A program made the translations under genes and the position numbers. The notes under the pieces are model-generated. The model searched no databases. It was not told the DNA's origin and saw only the letters and a program-made list of their open reading frames with translations. A DNA stretch of 64,000 bases from Candidatus Cloacimonadales bacterium (GTDB taxonomy: Bacteria > Cloacimonadota > Cloacimonadia > Cloacimonadales > JAIOQZ01), in NCBI GenBank assembly GCA_963674825.1, contig OY771587.1:2880001-2944000 (forward strand), given 5' to 3'. Each line of letters opens with the position of its first letter. Position 1 is the first letter of the stretch. Positions 27,882 through 39,374 of the stretch are shown in pieces.

Positions 27882-29045
27882 CTACCTGATCGTATTCCAG
27901 GTGGCTTTGGTTTCGCCCTTGAGGTAGCGGATAAACGCGAGCATGGATGCCCAGAACATGGTGAAGAAGTAGGCCGAAGGCTTCAGGATGCCAATACCGC
28001 CGCCCTTGCTTTCGATGTAAAACTCGATGATACCGGTTACGAGGATGATATCCAGTCCAACTGCCATGATAGCATAAGCCCAGTGCCAGAATGTATTGAA
28101 ACCATTCATGCAGGCCACTACCAACAAGTAGCTTAGCGAGACCAGCATGCCAATCACGAACAGCGAGAACGACCACCGCAGCACCTTGTGCGATAGCAGA
28201 ATCCACGACATTATCGGGTGCTTGAGAGGATTCAAGAGCTGCTTGTGGCGGAAAAGAGTTTCCCATTCGCGGGAGATGATGCGGATCTTGCGCTTGAATT
28301 CTTCTCGCGGCTTGATTGATGGCTCCTCCGTAACGATGGCGAGGTCGTTGAACTTGGCGACGAGTCCGTTTTCCAATGCTACGAGCACACGCTCAAAGTC
28401 ATCGATAGACGTCACGGGCAATTCTGTGAAAAGGTCGCGCCTGAGCATGAAAATCGAGCCATTAGCGCAATTGATCGAATAGATCAAGCTGTTAAGCTTC
28501 TTGAGCCAGGACTCGTATTTCCAGTAAAGACCTTCTCCAGAACCGGTTCCTTCTTTGGTTTGCAATACCAGCTTACCGCATACCATACCGATGTTTTTTT
28601 CAGCCAGCATCATGGAAAGGAGCTCTTTGATCGCCTGCGGCTGGAAGATCGAATTGGCGTCGGTGGAGACCACGTAGTCGCAGGTCAAGGTCTTGCTGAT
28701 CATATTATGGCCCGAAACCTTACCCTTGCGCGGTTTTTGCACCACGAGCCTGACGTTGGTTCCCTTATATTCCTCTACGATCTCATTGGTGCCGTCAGTG
28801 GAATCGTCCGAGATAACGATCATATCGATACGGTCTTTAGGGTAGTCGAGCTTTAGGAACGATTCGATCTTATCTTTGATGACAGCGGCTTCGTTGAACG
28901 CGGGACAGAGCACCGTAATGGATGGATATTGATCGATTACCACACGCTTATCCTGCTTGCCTTTTGCCATAATCACCAGCAGAATGGGGTAGAGGATAAG
29001 GTGATATACCAGCGCAAAAGCACTGATCCAGAAAATCCATGTCAT
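27882..29045 (-). CDS. Glycosyltransferase family 2 (membrane-anchored)
   Basis: CPAFNE, SDDSTDGT, TDAN (DxD-like), DDF, RKIRI. Confidence 0.88.
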   Translation of the reverse strand: MTWIFWISAFALVYHLILYPILLVIMAKGKQDKRVVIDQYPSITVLCPAFNEAAVIKDKIESFLKLDYPKDRIDMIVISDDSTDGTNEIVEEYKGTNVRLVVQKPRKGKVSGHNMISKTLTCDYVVSTDANSIFQPQAIKELLSMMLAEKNIGMVCGKLVLQTKEGTGSGEGLYWKYESWLKKLNSLIYSINCANGSIFMLRRDLFTELPVTSIDDFERVLVALENGLVAKFNDLAIVTEEPSIKPREEFKRKIRIISREWETLFRHKQLLNPLKHPIMSWILLSHKVLRWSFSLFVIGMLVSLSYLLVVACMNGFNTFWHWAYAIMAVGLDIILVTGIIEFYIESKGGGIGILKPSAYFFTMFWASMLAFIRYLKGETKATWNTIR

Positions 29046-30073
29046 TCGGAACGCTCCATTTTCTTGATGTCGGACGAAACAATCTCGAGTACCGCTTCCG
29101 GTTTCAGGTGCAGGAGACACTCACGATTGCAGAGTCGCTCCTTGAGCTGGAGGCAAGGCTTGCAAGACGGCGCAGGATTAGCTGTCAGGATGATTTTGTT
29201 ATCCGTGAAAGGTGATGTCACCCTTTCGTCAGCAGGACCGAAGATCGTATAGATCCGTGTAGTAAAGCAGCTTGCGATATGCCCCAAGCCGGAATCGGAA
29301 TTCAACAGATGGTCGCTGCGAGATAGCAGAGCTGCCACCTGCCCGAGTTTCAAGCCGGAAACGAGTGGAATCTCCGCTTCCCGGCTGATACGCTGACTGA
29401 CGTCCATTTCGTCCGGGCCACTGATGACATAAACGATTCGGTCGGGCAATCTTTTTTTCAGCATTTTTGCGACTTCCACAAAGTACTCCGCGTGCCAGCG
29501 TCGGAAATCGTTTTCCTTGTTGCTACCGGCATGGATTGCAAAAAGCTTTTTGCCCTTCCAGCCGTTCTGCTCGATGAGCTTGTCCACGAAGTTCTGGTCG
29601 CTTTTCTGCAGAGTGTAGAAAGGCTTCTCTTTAGTCAACTCACCCAGCGCTGTTTCGGCCAGCTTGAGGTTGCTGATACTACGATGTTGAATCGGATCGA
29701 ACTCGATCTGGTGTGTGTAAGCGCTCATTGTGTGATCGCGATATTCGCCGGTGCGATACTTTGCTCCAGCCAGCTTCGAAAATAGCGCGCCTTTAGAAGG
29801 AGTAACACCAGAGGTTACGATCGAGAGATCATATTTCCTGCATCGCAATTGCATGGCTTTTATAAAGAGGTCGAGCGTACGATTCTTCGCCAGATAGATA
29901 CGGTTGCATTCGGGGGCATTACGCAGTGGAAAACTCGCTGCGTTTTGCGTAATGAGGAAATCGATCTTCGCATGCGGAAACTTCTGCTTGATGGCTCGCA
30001 GCGTGGGCGTGAACATGATCATATCTCCCATGCCCCAAGTATGGATTACGAGGATTTTCCGGATATCTATCAC
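29042..30073 (-). CDS. Glycosyltransferase family 9 (LPS heptosyltransferase-like)
   Basis: GMGDMI..TP; RRW...YF; DSGLGHIA; IFGP. Confidence 0.88.
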   Translation of the reverse strand: MIDIRKILVIHTWGMGDMIMFTPTLRAIKQKFPHAKIDFLITQNAASFPLRNAPECNRIYLAKNRTLDLFIKAMQLRCRKYDLSIVTSGVTPSKGALFSKLAGAKYRTGEYRDHTMSAYTHQIEFDPIQHRSISNLKLAETALGELTKEKPFYTLQKSDQNFVDKLIEQNGWKGKKLFAIHAGSNKENDFRRWHAEYFVEVAKMLKKRLPDRIVYVISGPDEMDVSQRISREAEIPLVSGLKLGQVAALLSRSDHLLNSDSGLGHIASCFTTRIYTIFGPADERVTSPFTDNKIILTANPAPSCKPCLQLKERLCNRECLLHLKPEAVLEIVSSDIKKMERSE

Positions 30074-31356
30074 ATTATTTCCCGTATCAGCTTCGCCATT
30101 TCACCGCTGAGGTGGACGACGTTGTATTGTTGAACTCGATCGAGTCGGATGTTCTTGCGGAATTCATCTCGATCGAGTGTGGCTGCTTTCTCCAGAAGAT
30201 TCACCATCTCCGGGATATCGTCGTTATGGCAGACGTATCCGATGTTCAGCTCACGGATTAACTGTGCCGTGGCTCCCGTAAGTGAACTGAAGCTCAACAC
30301 CGGAATGCCCATGAAAGCGTACTCGTAGAGCTTTCCGCTTCGTGCCGTCTCCGCATTGACCGGATAGTAGAAATGCAGCAAGATATCGGCTTGCTGGATT
30401 CGTTTGTGAAGAACATCCCGCGGGACAAAGCCTGGGGTGACGATGTCGCCGATGGAATACTCATCAATCAGGCGTTGCGTTTCCTCATTCATGCTCCAGA
30501 ATACTTCCAGCACCGGCTTTCTGTCTCCATCCCAGCTTTCCCGGAACTGCTTCCAGGCTTTGAGAAGCATCAGCGGATTGTATTTGTTCTCGTGTACGTC
30601 CATTTTACCGGCATATGCGACCAACAGTATCGATTCGTCGCGATCGACATCGTGTTCGACATTGAAATCAGCCGGATCGAATCCATTCGGGATGAGTCGC
30701 ACTGGGATGTTGGTGTCGGAAACTTCGTTCTTCAATTCTTTCATATGTCCATCCGTGAGGCCGACAAGTGCATCGCCGTGACGGAGGCAGAAACGTGAGA
30801 CGAATTTGTTATAGTATTTGCGTACGAAAGAAAAACTTCCTTCAATGCTGTAGGATCCCCAGGGATCGCGGAATTCTTCAACTACCTTGATGCCTGTAAG
30901 GAATTTCAGCAGGACGGCGACCACGATCAAGGAGAACGGCCCACCAGTAACGAGCATGACCTTGATCCGATGTTTGCGAATAATCTTGATCATGGATGGC
31001 ACAGAGCCGAGTGCCCAAAGGATGTGGATGTCGGGTGACGCGATAATGTCTTTCATGATAACGAGTAACTTCAGGAGCAGCTTCTTCATGGGTGATTTCG
31101 GCTTTGTGTAGATATCGACCGATTTGCGATACTTGTGATCGGGGAAACGTGTGTCCCGGCGATAGACGATTGCATCGTCGGGGATGCTCTCCAGCATCTT
31201 ATCGCTTATAACGTAATTAGGATTGGAAGCTGTGAATATAATGGGTTGGAATCCGTAATTCCCTATATAACGCATCATACGGGTTATACGGTAAGCTGCC
31301 GTGATATTGAGAGGAGCGTAGCAGAACGTGAAAACAAGTAGTGGCGTTTTCTTCAT
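30070..31356 (-). CDS. Glycosyltransferase family 4
   Basis: TGGPFS, EFRDPW, IPNGFD, GKLYEY...G.PVL. Confidence 0.85.
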   Translation of the reverse strand: MKKTPLLVFTFCYAPLNITAAYRITRMMRYIGNYGFQPIIFTASNPNYVISDKMLESIPDDAIVYRRDTRFPDHKYRKSVDIYTKPKSPMKKLLLKLLVIMKDIIASPDIHILWALGSVPSMIKIIRKHRIKVMLVTGGPFSLIVVAVLLKFLTGIKVVEEFRDPWGSYSIEGSFSFVRKYYNKFVSRFCLRHGDALVGLTDGHMKELKNEVSDTNIPVRLIPNGFDPADFNVEHDVDRDESILLVAYAGKMDVHENKYNPLMLLKAWKQFRESWDGDRKPVLEVFWSMNEETQRLIDEYSIGDIVTPGFVPRDVLHKRIQQADILLHFYYPVNAETARSGKLYEYAFMGIPVLSFSSLTGATAQLIRELNIGYVCHNDDIPEMVNLLEKAATLDRDEFRKNIRLDRVQQYNVVHLSGEMAKLIREIM

Positions 31357-31377
31357 GACAAACTCAATGGATAACCG

Positions 31378-31409
31378 AAAAAACCGCTCCCGGGAGTCCG
31401 GGAGCGGTC
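31378..31409 (-). terminator. Rho-independent terminator after gdhA
   Basis: CCGCTCCCGG-N4-CCGGGAGCGG stem followed by a T-run on the minus strand. Confidence 0.8.
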
Positions 31410-31428
31410 AAAGGTTGTATCATGTAGC

Positions 31429-32799
<1,371 letters not shown>

Positions 32800-33044
32800 T
32801 TAGTGTTTTTTGTCAATACAAAAAAGATTGATTTAGGGCGCTATTTCGGATGACGCTCTTATGTATGGATTTAGCTGCTTATTTACCTTTTCTGGAAATC
32901 CGGTTCATCTTTTCGGGAATTGAAGGATTATCTATTCTCACTTCCGTTAACCATCTGGCGTAACGTTAACAATACGACAGCAGATGTTCACGAAACGGAC
33001 TTTCGGGCCATAAATAATTCTGCTTACAACTGTATGACAAGGGG

Positions 33045-33929
33045 CTATAAAAGTACCCTTTTTCTATCCCAAATCGCCAAGAATTTCTCCGAAATCATGT
33101 AGAAAATCGGAGCGAGCAGAACCCCCAGCATGGAGTCGATAACATAGTGCTGCTTGATGTACACCGTCGAGAGGATGAGCCCGATATTGAAGACGATGTA
33201 CCATTTGCCGAGTTTCGGGAAATAGCGGATCGCCATAATGGTGCTCAGGACGCTGATCAGGCAGTGCGAACTGGGGAACGCCGCGCCGTTAGAATCTCCC
33301 ATGAAGACCACATTCTGCAGGAATGGCGCGATCACGTAGCCATCGAAGAGGTTGTTGTGCAACGTGCCGTAGGCGTAGCTGGGTCCGAGTGCGGGGATGA
33401 TGGTGTAGATCAGGTAGCAGAGGTAAAAGCTGAAGATGAGGTTGGTGATAACGTTTCGGTAGTGCTTCCTCTTGAGGAACGACAGGATGATCAGTCCGAA
33501 CACCTGAAAGTAGTAGGACATATAAAGCAGCGACATCAACTCCGAGAACCAGCGGAAGGGAATCACTTCGGCAAAACGATCCGAAGGCAGCACGCCTCCG
33601 AACATCCATTTGTCGACGCTTTCCAGCCACGGATCGATGTAGGCCGGGAAGATGATGTACATATTTTGCTCGATTTGCTTGAAGGTCACGACGATCAAAA
33701 ACATGGGATAGGCGGTGCGTAGCAGATAGAAGAGCCGGTTGCCATTTGGATTATTTTCCCAGTACGGCAGCGTGAAAATCAGGATCAGCGAGGTGGCGAA
33801 GTAGAGCCCTGCGTTGATGTACCAGCCCGGTACGTTGCCGTGGAAGATGGTCAGAAGGATGCTCACGAGAAGCAGGTAGCCGATGAAATAGATATCCGTG
33901 ATCAGATAACGCTGCAAGAAACGACACAT
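33045..33929 (-). CDS. PAP2 / inositol-phosphorylceramide-synthase-like membrane phosphatase or transferase
   Basis: PALGP, AFPSSH, QHYVID motifs, multiple TM helices. Start uncertain (33929 or 34025). Confidence 0.8.
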   Translation of the reverse strand: MCRFLQRYLITDIYFIGYLLLVSILLTIFHGNVPGWYINAGLYFATSLILIFTLPYWENNPNGNRLFYLLRTAYPMFLIVVTFKQIEQNMYIIFPAYIDPWLESVDKWMFGGVLPSDRFAEVIPFRWFSELMSLLYMSYYFQVFGLIILSFLKRKHYRNVITNLIFSFYLCYLIYTIIPALGPSYAYGTLHNNLFDGYVIAPFLQNVVFMGDSNGAAFPSSHCLISVLSTIMAIRYFPKLGKWYIVFNIGLILSTVYIKQHYVIDSMLGVLLAPIFYMISEKFLAIWDRKRVLL

Positions 33930-34068
33930 AACGACTCCAGAGATTATTTTCCGATAAATATCGGAAGCCGCGCTTTCGCTGTCAACGAAAAAGACGTTCC
34001 TCGTGCCGATAGTATCATCCCCCATTGCCGAGGATATTGAAAAAACGTTGCTTCAGCATTCTTTCCCG

Positions 34069-34094
34069 TGGAACGCGGACGTCCTCGTCCGCAT
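34069..34094 (+). repeat. REP-like palindrome left of RAYT
   Basis: TGGAACGCGGACGTCCTCGTCCGCAT; inverted copy at 34677-34702 (25/26 match). Confidence 0.8.
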
Positions 34095-34151
34095 TTCTAT
34101 CTCTCAACTAAAATGCTTGACCACGTTCTTTATACGCTGCTGTCTTAGCGC

Positions 34152-34672
34152 ATGATAAAACAAAAAGGTTGGCATTCAAGAGGTTATTTGCCTCACTTCG
34201 ATGGCGAAGGTATACACCAGTTTATCTCGATTCGTCTGTTCGATTCAGTTCCAGATGAAGTCATTAAGAAATGGAAGTTGGAACATAGCTGGCATGATGA
34301 TGGAAATAATGGAGAACGGGCAACAGCATTAGCTCAATTTCTAAATCAATACGCCGACCAAGGCTATGGCTCTTGTTTTTTGCGCATTCCACAAATAGCT
34401 GTTCTGACACGTGATACCCTGCTTTTCTATGATCACAAACGTTACGAGCTTATCGAATGGTGTATCATGCCAAATCATTTACAGCTCATCAGGCGAACAG
34501 ATTCTTGAAACGTACAGGTAGATTCTGGATGCCAGACTATTTCGACAGGTTTATTCGTACAGATGTGCAATTCAATGGAACGGTACAATATATCAAGCAA
34601 AACCCCGTCATGGCGGGGCTATCTGAATCGCCTGAAGAATGGAGATGGTCGTCAACGTATAGAGAGAAATGA
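34152..34672 (+). pseudogene. REP-associated tyrosine (Y1/HUH) transposase RAYT, frameshifted by internal deletion
   Basis: WHSRGYLPHFD...IMPNH in one frame and KSFTA...FW..DYFDRFIR...YI..NPV.AGL...W.WSS in another; flanked by inverted REPs. Confidence 0.85.
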
Positions 34673-34676
34673 AGGG

Positions 34677-34702
34677 ATGCGGACGGGGACGTCCGCGTTC
34701 CA
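34677..34702 (-). repeat. REP-like palindrome right of RAYT
   Basis: ATGCGGACGGGGACGTCCGCGTTCCA, reverse complement of 34069-34094. Confidence 0.8.
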
Positions 34703-34909
34703 AAGAGAGAGACGAGGATTCGAAATTGCATGCAAATTCACAGACGTCCGCTCTGCATGGGAGATGAAGCGTATTCGCCTAAAGGTAGCCCGGCCATCGA
34801 GTATTGCCATTCATAAAATTCGTCGTGCTTGACAAAATCTAAGCATTAATAAGGTTGACATCCTGATTCGCACAATCTATGTGTACATCAACAACAAGCG
34901 GAGGTTTAT

Positions 34910-37243
34910 ATGGGAATTCCAACCATTTGGTATGTCGCTCCATTCGGTGCGGTTGTTGCCATCATTTTTGCATTTGTTCTATTTTTCAATGTAAAAAAGG
35001 AACATCCCGGCAACGACAGAATGCAGCAGATAGCCAAGTACGTGCGTGATGGTGCGTTTGCGTACCTGAAGCAGCAATACAAGGGCGTCGGGCTGTTTTT
35101 TCTGATCGTATTCGTTCTCTTTAACATTATGGCATGGGTGCTTCATGTGCTTCATCCGCTTATTCCGTGGGCCTTCCTCACGGGTGGATTCTTCAGCGGT
35201 CTCGCTGGCTGGATCGGCATGAACACTGCAACCATGGCATCGAATCGCACCGCTCAAGGTGCAACCGAAAGCCTGAACAAGGGTCTGAAGATCGCGTTCA
35301 GAGCTGGTGGCGTGATGGGACTGGTTGTAGTCGGTCTTGCCCTTATTGATATTTCCATCTGGTTCTACGTGCTCAACTCGTTAGAAATGGATCTACACAC
35401 CATCACGGTTATCATGCTCAGCTTCGGTATGGGCGCATCGACTCAAGCGCTGTTCGCACGTCTGGGTGGGGGTATCTACACCAAGGCAGCCGATGTTGGC
35501 GCTGACCTGGTGGGAAAAGTAGAAGCGGGAATCCCGGAAGACGATCCGCGTAACCCCGCAACCATCGCCGACAATGTGGGTGACAATGTCGGTGACGTCG
35601 CCGGAATGGGCGCTGACCTCTACGAATCTTACGCTGGCTCGATCCTCGCGACTGCCGCACTCGGTATGGCTGCTGTTACGCAGCTTTTCGGTGGCGCAGC
35701 GAATTTCCATGAACTCGCGATAAAATTCGTTACTGCACCGATGGTTCTCGCCGGTGTGGGCGCATTCCTCTCCGTTATCGGAATCTACATGGCATCGACG
35801 AAAGAAAATGCCACGATGAAAGACCTTATGTTTGCCCTCAATAAGGGCGTTTACGGAAGCTCGATCCTTATCGCGATCGCAGCTTTCTTCGTATGTAAAT
35901 ACATGCTTCCCGAAGAATACTGGTTTGGCGTGTTTATGGCTTCGGTCATTGGCCTCGCAGCCGGTATCCTCATCGGTTACTTTACCGAACGCGCGACATC
36001 CGACGCTTATAAGCCTACGCAGGGAATCGCAGAGCAGTCGAGCTACGGCCCGGCAACCGTGATCATCGAAGGTCTGGCTGTCGGCATGCACTCGACCATG
36101 GCACCAGTCATCGTGATCGGTATCGCGATCCTGGCAGCTTTCAGCTTCGCCCATGGCTTCTCCAATCCCGAGCTGGGTCTCTACGGCATTGGCTTCGGTG
36201 CTGTTGGTATGCTTGCAACCCTCGGCGTGACCCTCGCAATGGATGCATTCGGTCCTATCGCGGATAACGCCGGCGGTAACGCTGAAATGTGCCACCTTCC
36301 CAAGGAAGTCCGTACACGTACCGATGCACTCGACTCTGTAGGTAACACCACCGCGGCGACCGGTAAAGGTTTCGCGATTGGTTCCGCAGCACTTACAGCG
36401 ATGGCGCTTCTGGCTGCTTACCTTGAAGAAGTCCGTACCGGATTCCTGATGATGGGTGAAAAGCTCGGCATCGACCGCGCAGCGCATCAGATATACATCG
36501 CGGTTTCCGACAAGTGGGTTCACACCGAACACGCGACCGCGATCGACTTCATGTACTACTTCGATGTCAACCTCATGAACCCCAAGTTCCTCGTCGGAAT
36601 TTTCGTGGGTGCGATGGTCTCCTTCGTGTTCGCCGCGATGACCATGAAAGCCGTTGGCCGAGCAGCCGGCGCGATGGTGGCGGAAGTTCGCCGTCAGTTC
36701 AAGGAAATCCCCGGGATCATGGAAGGCAAAGCCGAACCCGAATACGCAAAGTGCGTTATGATCTCCACCAAGGGTGCTCAGAAAGAGATGGTCGCTCCAG
36801 CGCTACTCGGTATCCTGACTCCGATTGTAATCGGACTGATACTCGGTGTCGCAGGTGTTCTCGGTCTGCTCGCGGGTGGACTTACAACCGGTTTTGTACT
36901 GGCTGTGATGATGAACAATGCCGGTGGAGCATGGGACAATGCAAAGAAGTATATCGAGAAGGGTAACTTCAACGGCAAGGGTTCCGATAACCATCACGCA
37001 TGTGTTGTTGGCGACACGGTCGGCGATCCGTTCAAGGATACAGCCGGTCCGTCCATCAACATTCTGATCAAGCTCATGAACATGATCAGTATCGTGTTTG
37101 CGGGATTAATCGTGGCCTACTCACCGAAAATCGAAGCTCTCTATTCGAATCAACAGGTCGAAAAACGCGAAATGACTTCTCCGAAAGAGCATGTCCTGAT
37201 TCAGGAAGCTCCGTCAAACGAAGATATCGTTTCAACCCAATAA
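34910..37243 (+). CDS. hppA: Membrane-bound ion-translocating pyrophosphatase (K+-dependent type, probably Na+-pumping)
   Basis: GGIYTKAADVGADLVGKVE, EDDPRN, DNVGDNVGD, GNTTAA (Ala indicates K+-dependent), GDTVGDPFKD. Confidence 0.95.
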   Translation: MGIPTIWYVAPFGAVVAIIFAFVLFFNVKKEHPGNDRMQQIAKYVRDGAFAYLKQQYKGVGLFFLIVFVLFNIMAWVLHVLHPLIPWAFLTGGFFSGLAGWIGMNTATMASNRTAQGATESLNKGLKIAFRAGGVMGLVVVGLALIDISIWFYVLNSLEMDLHTITVIMLSFGMGASTQALFARLGGGIYTKAADVGADLVGKVEAGIPEDDPRNPATIADNVGDNVGDVAGMGADLYESYAGSILATAALGMAAVTQLFGGAANFHELAIKFVTAPMVLAGVGAFLSVIGIYMASTKENATMKDLMFALNKGVYGSSILIAIAAFFVCKYMLPEEYWFGVFMASVIGLAAGILIGYFTERATSDAYKPTQGIAEQSSYGPATVIIEGLAVGMHSTMAPVIVIGIAILAAFSFAHGFSNPELGLYGIGFGAVGMLATLGVTLAMDAFGPIADNAGGNAEMCHLPKEVRTRTDALDSVGNTTAATGKGFAIGSAALTAMALLAAYLEEVRTGFLMMGEKLGIDRAAHQIYIAVSDKWVHTEHATAIDFMYYFDVNLMNPKFLVGIFVGAMVSFVFAAMTMKAVGRAAGAMVAEVRRQFKEIPGIMEGKAEPEYAKCVMISTKGAQKEMVAPALLGILTPIVIGLILGVAGVLGLLAGGLTTGFVLAVMMNNAGGAWDNAKKYIEKGNFNGKGSDNHHACVVGDTVGDPFKDTAGPSINILIKLMNMISIVFAGLIVAYSPKIEALYSNQQVEKREMTSPKEHVLIQEAPSNEDIVSTQ

Positions 37244-37251
37244 ACTAACGC

Positions 37252-37287
37252 TGGAGCGGAGTCTATTTGGGCTTCGCTCCTTTTTTT
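37252..37287 (+). terminator. Rho-independent terminator after hppA
   Basis: GGAGCGGAGTC/GGCTTCGCTCC stem followed by T7. Confidence 0.7.
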
Positions 37288-37293
37288 AAAATT

Positions 37294-38142
37294 ATGAAGC
37301 GCTCGTTGATTCTCAGTGGCATTCTGATGGTCGTTCTTTTGTTTTTCTTTCTCTTCAGCAAGGTGAAAAACAGGGCGCAGGGTTACGTCGTGACCTCTCC
37401 TGAGGCTGCCGAGATACTCGCGGCGATCGGTGTTGAAGATAAGATCGTAGCCGTTACCAGCGAGTGCGATTATCCTCCATCTCTGCAAGACAAGCCCACG
37501 GTGGGCTCGTTTTCCCAAATCAGCATCGAGAAGGTGATTGCCTGGAATCCCAAAATCGTTTTCGCGACCGTACCCACACAGCAGGCGATGATCAGCGATC
37601 TCGAGAAGCTGGGTATCACTACCGAAACTGTGTATATTCGCACCTTCGATGACCTCATCAAGACTATCCGGCGATTCGGCGTCCTCACCAAGCGAAATGA
37701 TGTCGCCAACCAGCTTGCCGACGACCTCCAGCAGTTTATCGAAACCGTCGATATCGGACCCGGCCCACGTCCGTGGGTCTATATTGAGATTGGAGACCAA
37801 TTCTGGACCGCGTCCGATCGTACATTTGTCGGTGAAATGGTGAAGCTTGTTGGCGGAAGAGTACTCTTCCACGACTTGCCCAATGACTATGGCAAGGTGT
37901 CACAGGAAGATGTTGTAATGCGGAATCCAGACGTGATTCTTATCACCTATCCGGGCGTGACCAGAGAAGATGTGATGAACCGTCGCGGCTGGCAGGACGT
38001 TACGGCCTGCAAGACGGGTCGTATCTATACTGCCGAGGATATCGATCCCGATCTGATCGTTCGCGCAACGCCTCGTTCGCGCGAGGCCGTAGTGATTCTC
38101 GGCGAACTGCTGCACCGGCTTCCAGACAATGAAAACCAGTAA
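37294..38142 (+). CDS. Cobalamin/iron-siderophore ABC substrate-binding protein (BtuF-like)
   Basis: EILAAIG...IVAV...CDYP, EK.IA..P, VSQE.V..RNPDVI. Confidence 0.8.
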   Translation: MKRSLILSGILMVVLLFFFLFSKVKNRAQGYVVTSPEAAEILAAIGVEDKIVAVTSECDYPPSLQDKPTVGSFSQISIEKVIAWNPKIVFATVPTQQAMISDLEKLGITTETVYIRTFDDLIKTIRRFGVLTKRNDVANQLADDLQQFIETVDIGPGPRPWVYIEIGDQFWTASDRTFVGEMVKLVGGRVLFHDLPNDYGKVSQEDVVMRNPDVILITYPGVTREDVMNRRGWQDVTACKTGRIYTAEDIDPDLIVRATPRSREAVVILGELLHRLPDNENQ

Positions 38143-39073
38143 GCTTGCTCCTATCGTTTTTCTCATCTCAAGTATCGCGATGATCGCTTTATACCTTGGA
38201 TATGATGTCGCCGACAGTTCAGCGATTCTAAATTTTCGTCTACCGCGTTTGCTTCTGGCTTTTCTGACGGGATTTGTGCTGTCGGGCGTTGGCAGTACCT
38301 ACCAAGCGATGCTGAACAACCCACTTGCAGAACCCTATACGCTTGGTACATCCGCTGGAGCTGCATTAGGCAGCACGATTGGCGTGATACTCAACCTATG
38401 GTGGTTTGTCCCTTTGTTTGGATTTCTCGGTGCGCTTGTCAGCATGCTGGCGGTCTGGATACTGGCACGTAGTGGCGGATTTCTAGACAAGACGAGGCTG
38501 CTGCTTTCGGGGATCGTCTCCGGAATGTTTTTCACCGCGGTCATTTCGCTGCTGATGTACCTGAATCAACAGAAATTGGGCAGTATCATTAACATCCTGC
38601 TGGGAAATCTTGAGCCTGTTTTCACTCAGTCCGAATGGCAGTTCTTCATCGGCGTCGCCGGTGTTTCGTTTATTCTGATGTTCTATCTATTTGCGCATGC
38701 CAACCACCTGGCCGCAATGACCTCAGGCGATCTGGTCGCATCCAGTCTGGGTGTGGATGTAAAAAAAGTCCGTATCCGGCTGTTTGTGGTATCATCGATT
38801 CTGATTGGAATCGTGGTCTCCTATGCGGGGATAATCGGCTTCATCGGTTTGATAGTTCCGCATATCACGCGGATGCTTTTCGGGGTTAATCAGCGCCGGA
38901 ACATGATCACTTCGGCATTTCTCGGAGCAGTCCTGCTCATTTTTTGTGATTTCATCGCCAAACATGTTGGGAAGTTGATATACAGCGGTGTAGCCATAGA
39001 GATTCCGGTGGGCGTAATAACCGCGTTTTTCGGCGCTCCTTTCTTCCTCTGGATCATGATGCGGAAGAGATAA
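38129..39073 (+). CDS. FecCD/BtuC-family ABC permease
   Basis: RLPR, NPLAEPY.LG.SAGA, GIIGFIGLIVPH, PVGVITA..GAPFF. Confidence 0.9.
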   Translation: MKTSKLAPIVFLISSIAMIALYLGYDVADSSAILNFRLPRLLLAFLTGFVLSGVGSTYQAMLNNPLAEPYTLGTSAGAALGSTIGVILNLWWFVPLFGFLGALVSMLAVWILARSGGFLDKTRLLLSGIVSGMFFTAVISLLMYLNQQKLGSIINILLGNLEPVFTQSEWQFFIGVAGVSFILMFYLFAHANHLAAMTSGDLVASSLGVDVKKVRIRLFVVSSILIGIVVSYAGIIGFIGLIVPHITRMLFGVNQRRNMITSAFLGAVLLIFCDFIAKHVGKLIYSGVAIEIPVGVITAFFGAPFFLWIMMRKR

Positions 39074-39149
39074 CCTTCCCCCTTAGTTCCACTTTGTCAA
39101 ATGGGTGAGGAGAGTCCTCATTCTATCCATAACTTGATTTAGACTTGTG

Positions 39150-39314
39150 AGCCCCCCCAGCCTCTTCCTTTGGAAAAAGAGAAAGGAGCAGAGAATGCTG
39201 TTTGTAGATGGTTGGCACATTGCATATTCGCCCGATCCCTCGCGACGCCGTGTAACACCACGTCTTCGAAGTGGATGAACACGGCTGCTCGTGATCGAAC
39301 GAATCTGCTGCGTG
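39150..39314 (+). repeat. Composite intergenic element, copy 1 (BoxC-like motif + long hairpin)
   Basis: CCCCAGCC..GGAGCAGAG, then GCATATTCGCCCGAT...GCCGTG-[hairpin]-CACGGCTGCTC...CGAACGAATCTGCTGCGTG; shared with 47545-47836 and 52545-52739. Confidence 0.8.
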
Positions 39315-39329
39315 CATTCCATGAAAAAA

Positions 39330-39355
39330 GGGCAATCACAGTGGATTGCCCCTAC
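39330..39355 (-). repeat. GTAG-type REP
   Basis: Minus strand GTAG-GGGCAATC-CACTGT-GATTGCCC. Confidence 0.65.
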
Positions 39356-39374
39356 CACGAGAAATCATTCGATT

